Assembly: GCA_047495785.1 (NCBI GenBank)
Contig: JBLDXI010000009.1
Span: 3,906,001 to 3,970,000, forward strand
Source: Lepidodermella squamata
Lineage: Eukaryota; Animalia; Gastrotricha
Length of the DNA stretch: 64,000 nt
Reading direction: 5' to 3'
The notes under the pieces: generated by a model
The model's input: only the letters and a program-made list of their open reading frames with translations
Databases searched by the model: none
Told to the model about the DNA's origin: nothing
Position numbers and translations under genes: made by a program
In this document: positions 25,799 through 37,461 of the stretch, piece after piece
Numbering within the stretch: the first letter of the stretch is position 1
Layout: each line of letters opens with the position of its first letter

Positions 25799-27753
25799 TA
25801 TATCTTCAAAAAATATATCTAATACAGGACACAAAATTGTATAAATGAGGGAGAATCTGGCAAAATTGTGTAAGGTGACTCTATATAGGGTTCAAAGTGC
25901 GCGTTAAAAACGAGGCTGTTTAATAGCCATGACGCAGCTTGAACCTCGTGCGAGTAAGAACCTACTGCAAACCGACCTGATAAGGTATAAAAAACAGCGT
26001 TTACAGGCAAACAAACAACAGAAAAAACTAACATATTAGCACAGCCTCTAGTTTCGGACAGATTCAAGCCGGTTCCTGCGCAAAATAATTTCTGCTGCGT
26101 AGTGAGTGGTTTTTTTTCATTCACGCAATGTTTCTAATATTAGTATATTGCAGCAGCGGCCTGTTATAATGTTATAAAAAATACGCTAATACGCGCTGCG
26201 CTTCATATCACGCGCAGTTTTTTTTGCGAATTTCCTCACGGTCGCATTATTTTTTTACATAATGCTCTGTATAGCATGCGCGGCTGTCTGAATTGAGGGT
26301 GAAATCAATAGAATCGCCGGCAAAAATATACACAGTCGCAATTTCCTCTTGGAATAATGCCTAGTTTTAGTTTCGCGTTATAGTTTTGGCTGAATGGGCA
26401 ATAAGTTACTTGAAATAGCAATGGAAGAGATGCCCTGAATTTCGCCATCCCTATATGAATGCCAAGGCGCGATTCCTCGCAAGTTATACATGAGCTGAAG
26501 ATTTAATATTTGGAAGAGAATCCTATGAATATAATTGACTTAGAAAAATCAGGTAATTGCCGAAAGAAGCGTCAAAGCCCTTGGCTAAATTTGATTCTTG
26601 AAGATGATCGGTCCAGGCCGCGTGTAAAAATGTCCGCTTTGTTCCGTTTCTGATTCATTATTATGCGCAGCTTCAACAATAATAGATCAAATTTTGTAAA
26701 TTGCGCCATACGGGCGCCGTCGTTCACAAATTCGAAAAACTGAGAAATTTTCAACACAATGGTTGCCCCCTTAAAAATTACGATTTCGCAATAAAAAACT
26801 TAACCCAGTAGGTAATCGATGACGCTCTGCACACTGGTTACCGATTTTTCTCTCAATTAGCTAACCGTAACCGGCAATTAGCGAAAAATGAAAACATTTG
26901 AATCGAAGTGTTTATCAACTCATTTCTAGGGTTAAAAAAATCGCTGATTCCGAAAATCATATTTTCAACTAAAAATTCGGCAATTTAATTTTTTTCATGT
27001 CATTTAGGCCCAATTTTCGACGAGTTAGACATGTAATAAAAATCTGGAAAATTCACCAAAATGTGCGGCACAAAAAGTTACCGTAGAGACCTGTTTTCAG
27101 CGTTCTAGAGTGATTTTTAAGGATGGTGACCATTGTCTCAAATGACAAAATTGTGTGAAAAACATTTGTGAACGACGGCGCACATATGGCCGCACAAAAG
27201 GAAGCATTTTAGCGACAAAACCGCTGGAAATGTGCTTAAAATCCAGGGAAAAGCGGATATATAGGCAACTTCATTTTCGACTAAGACTAATTTTTGGCTT
27301 TTATTTTCGCAAGTTCACAGGAGCTTTTCAAAGCCCAGATTTGAAATCATCGTACTATATGCAAGATTAAATTAATAGACAACAAATTAATAGAGGTCCC
27401 GGGGATTCTGCCGAAATTTCATAAGGTAATTGAAAATTGAAAAATTGAAAATTATAAACTTATTTAATCAAACTAATTATTAAAAATAATTTTCGAATAA
27501 AAAATAATTTCAGAAAATAAATTAAATTTTTTTTTTAGAATTTAATGTCTAACCGCAACTAGCCTAATAAATGATGATAGTGAAGTTTTTACTACTTTAT
27601 ATAGCCGACCATGGGCTCAGGATTGTCCGAATATTGACAATAACACGCTGATAAAAAAATGATAACGCCGGTATAGCGCTGCAGTAACCTGTGTCTGATT
27701 TTAGACACTCAAGAAAAAAAAAGGCTATACGCTATAACTGCGGTTGATTTTGA

Positions 27754-27802
27754 CGTGGCGATTTTGACCTAGCGCGGCAAGGCCTAGGTCAAATTTGCCA
27801 CG
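27754..27802. repeat. Hairpin, 19-bp stem with two mismatches; probably part of a dispersed repeat
   Basis: CGTGGCGATTTTGACCTAG-N11-CTAGGTCAAATTTGCCACG. The adjacent AACTGCGGTTGATTTT recurs inverted near 60933-60948. Confidence 0.5.
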
Positions 27803-28064
27803 CGCACAGATTTCTTTCACCTCCATTTTCACCTCTATTTTGACAAAATACAGGATTATTACTTGGATTATTCAATTCATTTTTATTATCATTTTTCATC
27901 GCAATCGAAGAACGCACACATTTTTTTGAAATGGCAATACAAAAAATACTAACAAAGAACGACAATTAATATTGAATTAAATTATAGCACTGTCATAGTC
28001 ATCATTCTATCATTTGAGCAAAAGGTATATCTCGTCCTGCGGAAGCCGTAATAATGTTATTATA

Positions 28065-29374
28065 TCACCAATAATAAGGAATTTGAATGCATGACGCCGA
28101 TTGCGAGCGGTTGCTGCTGTTCGCTAGCGGCGACTTTTGGGCAGTTTTTAGGCTGTGATTATCACTGGAGTTGCTGGAAGTGTTGGAAGTGCTGTTATTG
28201 CTGCTATTCCAAGATGCGAATTCGGACCACACAAAATCGCGGATTCGCTGAGCTCGTTCCGCGTCCAAAGCCTCGTTCGCAGCGGGTTTCGCGGCTGATT
28301 TTGGAAGATAACGAAGCGCAAAATTTTGACCAAAATTGTTGTCCCAAAATTCACCTGAAAATATTAATTTACAAATTTGAAAATTTGAATTTAAAAATGA
28401 AAAACCGCAAAATTGAAAAAATGAAACGAACATTTTCCAAAGTGAAAAACCAAAGTTGAACTTACAATTTAAATCTGGGCACTGATAGCAGACGCAGAAA
28501 TTGACCAGGCAGCCTGGTTTGAGGTTCAAGGGTAGCGGTATCGAGAATTCGAAAAGATCAGACTCGGATACGGAGATGAAAAAATTCGCCGGCCAGTCTC
28601 GCGAGGTGGCCCAGTTGTCGAAGGAGATTCGCACGAAGACGTTCTTCTCGAATGACAGATTCCGCACTCGAATGAGACCGTTCAGGCAATTGTCTCGCGA
28701 GTTCACGCTTTCAAGGGCGATGCTATTCGACAGCAGCTTGTCGATAACCAGCCGTGAGTAGCTGCCCATCGGATCGGGGAATAGCTGTTCGAAGCAATTT
28801 TGGCCCTGATTTAGGCCCGAATTCGTCGGAATAGCCGAATGGTCCAGGCTGTTGTACTGGCCGCTGGATCGGAAAACTTGAGCAATACTGGCGAGCATCT
28901 GCGAAAATGGCGACTTTTTCTCCGCTTCGCTGGCTTCGAAGTGGCGAACTGTGACGAGGGGCTGGCCGTGCGCGTCGGCGAATCGAACGCTTTTCTTGCT
29001 GTTCGAGCTGTTGTCGAGGCTATTCGATGAATCATCGTGGTCTGAGGAAGAATCGGAGGCGTTTGAGATTGTGCTTGCGGTGGACGTTTTACGGCCGAAA
29101 AATAACGGACCAGCATCTTCACTGTCGGATGAAAATCCTGAAACAATGAAAAAACTTCAAAATTCAAAATTCAATTTTGTTTGAACAAAAATTCAAATTT
29201 CGCCAAATTGTGCGGAAAAATAGGAAATAAATTCCAAAATAAATTTACGAAAATTTACCCAAAAAAATATAAAATAAAGATGAACTCACTTCTGGAGAAA
29301 TCCTGCTGATAGGTATCTTCGTTGTCCATCGCAAAATCGACGACAAAATTGTTGCTTGATATCGAGGGTAACAT
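28065..29374 (-). CDS. PPP1R3: PP1 glycogen-targeting subunit (CBM21), array copy 7, ~348 aa
   Basis: Exons 29374-29290, 29137-28466, 28354-28065. KKSVRFAD; GLIRVRNLSFEKNVFVRISFDNW; EFWDNN; WSEFASWN; ends IPYYW. Confidence 0.93.
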
Positions 29375-30108
29375 TTTAATCTGAAAATTTAAATATCTAG
29401 AATAGGAAAAATTAAAAAAAAATTCTTAAAATTATATCAACTTGAACTTCAAGTAACTTGAGGGTCAATTTCATTTTAAACATATTTTTAATTTGATACT
29501 TTGAACTCGAACTTGAAATACAAGTTTCAAGATGAGCTAAGCTATTATTGTGGGTGTAAGTTAGAATGGCGTGTTTCATCATCTCAGCCGGGCTTATTTA
29601 AGCGCCGAACAAACAAGCTGTTGTAACTGTGTATCAGAATGTTACTGTTGGACGATGGCACGTGAATCTAAGAAAAAACAGCTCGTGTCGTTATATCTCG
29701 TGGTGACTCACAACGCGGCACCATGTTGCTACAGCACGCGTGATTTCGCGCGCGCGCTCACGTGATTGGCGCCATAATTATAATGTCGCATCTAACCGCC
29801 AAAGTCCATTTTTTTACAATGCAAAGACGAATAAAAAACCAGGCGGACCTTGGCCTTTGATTTATTTTTGTTAACAAATTGACAAAAAAATCGGACATTT
29901 AAAAAGGCCGCACGAGGCGATTTCATCGAGTTTTACGCAACAAAAATTCATTAACATTTTTGTTTCGTCCGCAATTAACGCCCGGAAATTCGGGCAGATA
30001 AACAGAAAAAAAATATATTTAATTTAATTCGAAGCAGAGAGAGATTAGAGATGAAGTAAAAATAATTTCGAAATCTTCGAGCAGTGCCAAGGCTGTGATT
30101 TGTGGGTT

Positions 30109-32384
30109 TTAGTAATGAGGACTCGATGCCGCGCCCATAGTAGCGTCTTCCGTGGCTCTTTTGTGCCAAGCAGCGAATTCGGACCAGACTATTTTTTCTC
30201 GGCTGCCTTGACTTTCGGAGCTTTGGCTTGCGTTTGACTTCAATACGGGGCTATCACTAGCATCGAGTTGGTCGTCAGAGTTCGGGGCGTGATACTGAAT
30301 CGAATAATTTTTGCCATCATTATTGTCCCAATATTCTCCTGAAAAATAGAGAAATTCAAAGAAAATAAAAAATGAACGTGAAAAAAGCTGGAATTATTTT
30401 TAAATAATTTGGATCATTTGCAAATGAGGAAAAAAAGGCCTCCATAAAATTAAAAAAAAATATGAATTATTCAAAATATTGGAAAAGATCGAATTGAGCA
30501 ACCCAAGTTTTGACCTACATATTTTGGGGTCCAGATGAATGGGATTTTTCCTAAATCGGTTTTATCTTCTAACTAACCTGGCTGCTCGCCATCGTTGCAT
30601 TTGTAACAAATCGCGAAACTAATCACAGCATTATCGTTAAGATGGGGCGGCGTAGGTACGAAAAACTCGAACAGGTCGTACTTGACCGGCGGATCCTTCC
30701 TAATAGCATCGCCACTGGCTATTGGCCCGGCGCCAAATTCTTCATCATCACTATCATCGTAGCCGTAAAACTCGCCATAGGCCGCAACTTCAACCAGCGG
30801 AAAGACATCGGCCGTCCAGTCGTGATTCGTCGCCCAGTTGTCGAAGGTCGTTCGAACGAAAACGCTTTTCGACGAGCAATTTTCGAACCTTCGCCCCCGA
30901 ATCATGCCCTTGATCGAGCCGCTGCGGCAGCAAACGCTCTCAAGCGCGACGCAGTTACGCTTCACTTTTTCCATCAACGCCGGGTAGTTGTTGAGAGGAT
31001 CCGGAAATAACGGGTCCAATGTGTCGCTTTTCGCGTCGGCAAGAGCGGAATTGTGGTGGAGCGAGGCCTGCTGGACTAGGTTGGTTAACTGCGAGAATTC
31101 CTCGCTCATATCCGGCGGTTCGTCCGGGTCGATTGGCGGGTCTTCGATCGCGACAACCGCAACGAGGGGCTGGCCGATTGCATCGGCGAAACTGACGTGT
31201 TTTTTGTACGATTTTTTAGGCGGGGATGAGGTGTCGCGGGATTCAGGTATACTGAAGGTGAGGGAGTCGTCGAGGTCGTTCGGCGAGCCGTAAGGTGAAG
31301 TACCTTCGCCGTCGCTTGAACTCGCCAAAATGACGATCTCATGACTTGCGGCGTGATAGGAAAATCCTAAAAAAAATAAGTATATTTGTATAGAATTTGT
31401 GTTTATTTTTAAAAAAATTTAAATTTAAATTTAAAGATAAATTGACCAAAAAGTGTCAGAATGGCTATTTTGCTATTTTGGCATAAATTTCCTAATTTTT
31501 ACTTCTAATAATTTTCTAAATGACCCAATAAGTACAAATTATCACCTTGCGAATCCAACTTCGTAAGTTCGAATGATAAAGTGCTGTAAAATTGGGAAAA
31601 AATGAACATTAACTCCTAAATTTTAAATTTGAATCCATCAATTTAAAAAACAGCCTGAATTATCGGGCAGCCCGAAATATCAGCCTCAGGTAGATTCGCC
31701 CGCAAAATGACTCAAAAATCGTAATAGATTTTATAGCGATATAAAAATCGGTGAAATTCACAATGATAAGAAGGATGAGCTCATGACCTCTAAAACCATT
31801 ATCCAAGAAAATAATTAAAATTTCTATTTTATGCGCATTAATAGGAGCTAAAATGATTATATAAATCCCGTATTAAAAATTTTACGCTGGACAAGGTAAA
31901 AAATCATCTCTTCGGAAATTCTCACTAAAACTGAAAAATAATCTGACCTAATTTAGGAAAAGTATTCTTGGCAAGGCTTAGGAAGTCGACTGAAAACTGG
32001 TCCGCCATCGACCGGATATTACTTGAATTGCCGCTTAGATCCGTATACTCCGGTCATTTTAATTAAAATTGAGTAAAAAATTACAAAATTACCATTATCT
32101 GAGGGCGAGGTAAAAGAGTCGTGGCCGAAGCCGCTGTCATTGTTAAAATAACTGCCATCAATCTTGTTGCGATGGCTGTCACCCGTCAATGGCGTTGACG
32201 ACTTGAAATGGCCATTAACAGCCGGCGGTGACCCGGCAATAGTCGTCGTAGTCGAAACACAGCCGTTACTGGTGCCTAAATACGACGTGCTAACTACGGC
32301 AGCAGCCGTTTTCAGCGAAACAGTTAGCAGCGCTTCGAAATTGTTCGTCAAACTTTGATTAGCCGTTGATACGGCTTCGTTCAT
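30109..32384 (-). CDS. PPP1R3: PP1 glycogen-targeting subunit (CBM21), array copy 8 (altered glycogen-binding motif), ~436 aa
   Basis: Exons 32384-32093, 31366-30578, 30338-30109. KKHVSFAD; GMIRGRRFENCSSKSVFVRTTFDNW; acidic insert; EYWDNNDGKNY; WSEFAAWH; ends SPHY. Confidence 0.9.
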
Positions 32385-35300
32385 TACGCCTCAATTTTCG
32401 ATAAAATTTGCTAAAACAGACAAAAAATATCAGAATGCCCTAGAAATAAATCACATCACTAGCGGAGGCTTTTTTGACATAATTCTATCACATACCCTCG
32501 TCGCCTCGTTTCGTCATACCTCTTTCCATTGAGAGGTAGCGGTAATTTTTCTTCTAGATATTGAATAAAATGAAAACGACTGATAAAGAGCTCCGTTTTC
32601 CTCTCTAGTTGGTTTTTTATCGAGTGTATATGTCTCTTGCTGCTCCATATCGCTGAATCCGTTTTTGTCTGTTATCAGCAATAGTCATAATAGTAATAAT
32701 AATAAGGGCCGCTTTTTTGCGAGTGAGGCTGCAAACAACCTCTACTGGCGCTAGAGTGACTACAAAAAAAATAGTAATAATATGAATTTACAACTATCCT
32801 CAGTTTTTTTTTCTTTTGCTGATATAATTCTATGTAGGCCGTGTCTGAAATTGGCACAAACGCAATAGTTTCTGCTGATTGCAAGCGCCGTAATTTGATA
32901 GAAGAAAACCTTACGCAATATTGCGCGTTGTAGCCAATCATGCTTGAAAAAAATTGGCATCGAATTTATACCTAGTTATTCGAGTCTGATATAAATGAAT
33001 AAATCAACCAGGAAATGCCGGTGTGTTACCCTATGCACTCCGGACTAATCGGGACATAAAATAGGTTGGATGAGCAAAAGCGGGGGATCATAGGCAAGAA
33101 GTGTTGTCACCCTGCCAATAGTAATTTGGAGTACAATGGTTATTTTAGAATAATAATGGAATTAGCTAAAGCGCCAAAAATTTGAATTTTGAACTTTTAA
33201 TGCGTGATTTTAGGGTGTTCGATGCGTGAACGCCGCGTTCGGGTCAAAGGGCAGTGGTCAGCTCGATTGTTTTGGGGTCAGGGTTCAGCGACCTTTGCTC
33301 TGCTGCTCCTCTCATTAACGTTTAAAAATCGCCAGGTGGCGCGGTTCGTGTCTGGGCACATTGCTAGCAGCGCTATTCTTGAATTGTGTTCCTGTTACTT
33401 CCGGTCCGGTCTTCGCATAGGCTGCTGTTCAAAAATAATTCATTTCAAAGGGTTCAGGAAAATCAGGGTCTGTCATTTTGTCTCCATCATAACTGAGTAA
33501 TGAGTTGGCCACAAAGGTAAAATTATGCTGGATTTCAGTCTCAAACAAAAATCTCTGTTTGAGAATAAAGATTTGTCTTAAATAGATCAACTTGAAGACT
33601 GATTCGGCATGGACGAATCAACATTCGGAAATTGTTTTGAGGACCTCCATCTATTTTTCGGCATTGGAAACCTTGAAACCGGATTCCGAGGATTTGAAAT
33701 TTATCGCATGATCTCTATTTGAAGTTTTCAGCTTCTAACAATCTGATGCAGAGATTAAAACTTTCATGCTCAAGTGCGAAGCCTCGAAAGAATGGAAGCC
33801 TTTCATAAAACAAAGTGGTATACTTTGAATGGTGTTGACTTCAGCCAAAATCCAAAATCGAAGTTCTCAAGGTGAAAATCTTCATGAAATGAGTGAGATA
33901 TAACGTTGGATGCCTAGCCTAGCTGCATGGTTGAATAGGGAAAGCTGGATAGAGGTCATCTGTTCCAAAATTACGCAAATGAACTAAAATTTTAATCACC
34001 TGGTTCGTTTGGCAGTACTTTTCCGAACTTTTCCCGTAGTTCATAACTTTCCCATGGTTCGAACTTCCCCCTGGTCACCTTGTCGTATTTCTGCAAACCA
34101 TTACAAATTTTGACACGAAATCAGGTCTTAATCTGAAATAGGAAGTGCTACGGTCAGATTCTAGGCAGTTTGAGAATAGGGGTTACTCCAGTGTTGGAAA
34201 CAGGAATAAGCAGCTGGGAGGTATTACAGACACAAATCGAACCTCTGAACGTTAAAATGGACCGCTGAAGAACGTCCGGTTTTAAAACGACTTCTTTTTC
34301 AAAATCGCATGAAAATAGCGAAAAACATGATACCAAGCGCATAAAATTGCTTTACTTAGCTAAAAATCAGATCATTCTATGTTATAGGAGAGCCCTGTGA
34401 GACCCACGAGGCCTTTCGGTCAGGGTCAGCAAAATAGTTCGGAAGCTGTGGACGACCCCACCACTCCGATATACGTTTACAAAACATTGCACTGCCGCAC
34501 TAAGGCTCACAGTTTAGCAAAATGAGCAAAACGGTAAAATTAGTTATTCCTTGGTTTTCTCCATTATTTCCTATGCTAAATCGAATATTCAACTTTTCCC
34601 GGTCCTCCGATGACACCTTTTGAGACCGATACCGGATCTGAAACGGGGACGGATCTGGATCGACCGGACCTGTTTCTAACGCTGGGTGAAGTCCTACATT
34701 AAGGCAAGCTTGAATCTATAATAGCTTGGTAAAAATAACTTTTCCTCAAACAGTTGAAAATTCGAATAGATATTTACTGACCTCGCACACCCTGTATGTC
34801 CTCTGAACTCTGAACTGGACCTCTAAATGCGATGGTTTTCTGTCCTCTAGTAGCAACTAACGACATTTTCGGTAATTGTAGGCTATTACTATCGAAAAAG
34901 TCTTCGGGTTCTTGACCGAAAGCTTCTACGAAATTGAGCAGGATTGAATACCTTGAATCGATTGAGCCATGAATAATTACCATCAGATGAAAAGTTGTAC
35001 ATCAATTCCAAGCTGCTCAAAAATCAAATCCGCACATTTTTCTTTTAGGATATCTTCAAACTGAAGCAGACGAGCCTCACCACAGCCTTCAGCTCATGTC
35101 GACAAAAAACAGCCAGGTGCCGGTGACCTAGTCACTGCACCCGTATAAAAAAAGTGTAACGACGCCGTCAGCCATTTAAAGCGACATTTCTCCAGTTTGA
35201 TAGCATGGCTCAAGCGCAATAGAAAAACAGGTAGATAGGTTACCTGTTGAGGTAGTACCTGCCTATAGCTGTGTCGTAAACAAATAACCCACGTTTAGAA

Positions 35301-37461
35301 TCGCCTAATGCGTATCAACTCGGTGAAAAAATAGGTTGAACCTGGTGAACCTTACGACTTGAAAAATATGCTAATCACGAATGCACCCGATTGTCGCCCA
35401 TGTAAACAACCGCTCACGTGATTTGCGGTATAAGATGGCTTTTTCGAAAACAGAAATTGTTATATTTTACTGCATTTTGTTTTTGAAATTCTGCGTGCCA
35501 CTCGATTCAGAGATAGGTAATTTATTAACATCCCCTAGGCACCGGTGATGTAAAAATATGATAATAAAGCTCAAAGGTTGACTCCTGTTGAAAATATGCG
35601 ATGAACCAGGGTGAGTTTATACGCCTCTTCACCGCCGGCTGGTTCCGTTTTGTTTACATACCTCTGTTCCGCTCTTGATAGAGAACATCGGGGTTACTGC
35701 GCAGGGAACAATAAAAAATTCCTACCTGGATCGCAAAACATTGCGTGAGTTATCAGCATTTCTCATTGATAAACGAAGCAGTAAAAAAACCTGGCGCATG
35801 AGAAAAAAAACATCGACCTTTGACCTTTAACCGAAATTGCCCGGTAACTACCACAACACGCACCATGATTTGATAAAAAAAAAACTTTGAAACAATGGCC
35901 TTTCATTTTGCATGCGCTTTCATCGCTAATAATAACCCAATTCAGGACAATATTCTTCCATGGCCAAGAATAAAAAAAGACACGATGAATCTTCAAAATT
36001 TCTTTATTCCTTTTTCAACACTTTTGAGGCCCGTGATGAAGGAACAATTTATTATTTTTCCGCTGCTTTCTTTGTCGTCGAAAAAATCACGACTCGACGC
36101 ACATATGATGCCACAATTCGAAAATTGAACAAAAGACACAGACCTGTTTGCAGTGAAGGTAATCATCGTCAACATGATCATTTCGCAATTTATAAACACT
36201 AAACCGCCGATTTTTCAACCAATCGGCCGGCAATTCATTCAACATTCTACATCATACAATATAAATATTTGAGGAAAGATTCGGTTGAAATTTCTGTTTC
36301 ACGGCTGTAAATAATGTAGCTTCGATGTGACAAATAACAAATCGCGGAAAACGAGGCGATTTTCAAATTTTTTTAGGAACCTCAACCACGTCCATAAAAC
36401 AAAAAATCAGGTAAACTCGAGCTGGCTCGTGGGTACAAAACGTCTTATAACCACGATACTATATCATCATTATTATTATTATAAATCAAAAGTATATTAT
36501 TAAATGCAAGTTGAGCTGATGTTGCGAGAAGTTGAAGTACAAAAAAGAACGCGTAAATAATATATTTGATAATAATAATAATTTGAAATAATATAGCAGT
36601 AAAAGGCATAATTCGAGAAACGAGCCAAATCAAGTTCGCCTGGGTGGTTTTAGACATTTTTCAACAAAAAGAATCGAAACTATAATATTATCAGCCTTGA
36701 GGAAGTCACGCAACGGGAAAATCGAAATTTTGGTACATATGTAAAAAGACGATATATTTCCTTTTTAAGGTCCGAAACGTGGACGAAAAACAGAAAACGA
36801 GTTGATTTGTTGAAGGACATTGGGAGTGAAATAATAACTTTGCAATAATAATATAATATAAAGAAATTTTCTAAATATATTTACAGTCATAATATATTTG
36901 AAGTAGACAGAGTTTACGAGAAGAGAGCAATTGGTATAAAAAAGCCGTGTTTTTCCGAATTTAAGGTGGCTGAAACCAGTAGTAATAAGGCGTGCAATTG
37001 ATAACATACTATTTTCTCAAAAAATATACATATAACAATTTTTTATGCAGGTAGGGGTTGGGCGGTGCAATTGAAACACCGCAAAATTGCGAACAGCCGC
37101 TCGAAATGGCAAGACGAAAAACCGAACAAATAAAAGAGGAAAAGAACCGAGCGATTTTCAAAGGTCTGCTTTCTTGTTTTAATATGAGCCGGATTTTCTT
37201 TGTATACAAATCATTCGTGATAGACGACGGAGCAGCAGGATTTTTCACATTTTTTCGGTAATAAATTTTTTCAAGTTTTTTCCCATGATGTACAAGTGTA
37301 TGTAACCAAGTGATGAGCCATTTTTTATCATAAATTCGAAGACACAAAATTCTCGCCAGCCTTCTGCGGGTTTGCGTACGTTCTGCTACGTTCATTTATA
37401 TATATCACACGAACCGCGACGAGAGACAGCGATAGAAAGCACGAGGGCGACCAATAACAGC

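Noticed and set aside
33200-35100. Coding-like decayed sequence between copies 8 and 9; checked as a possible tenth paralogue
   Set aside because: No RVxF, CBM21 or WDNN remnants seen, and frames are interrupted by stops.
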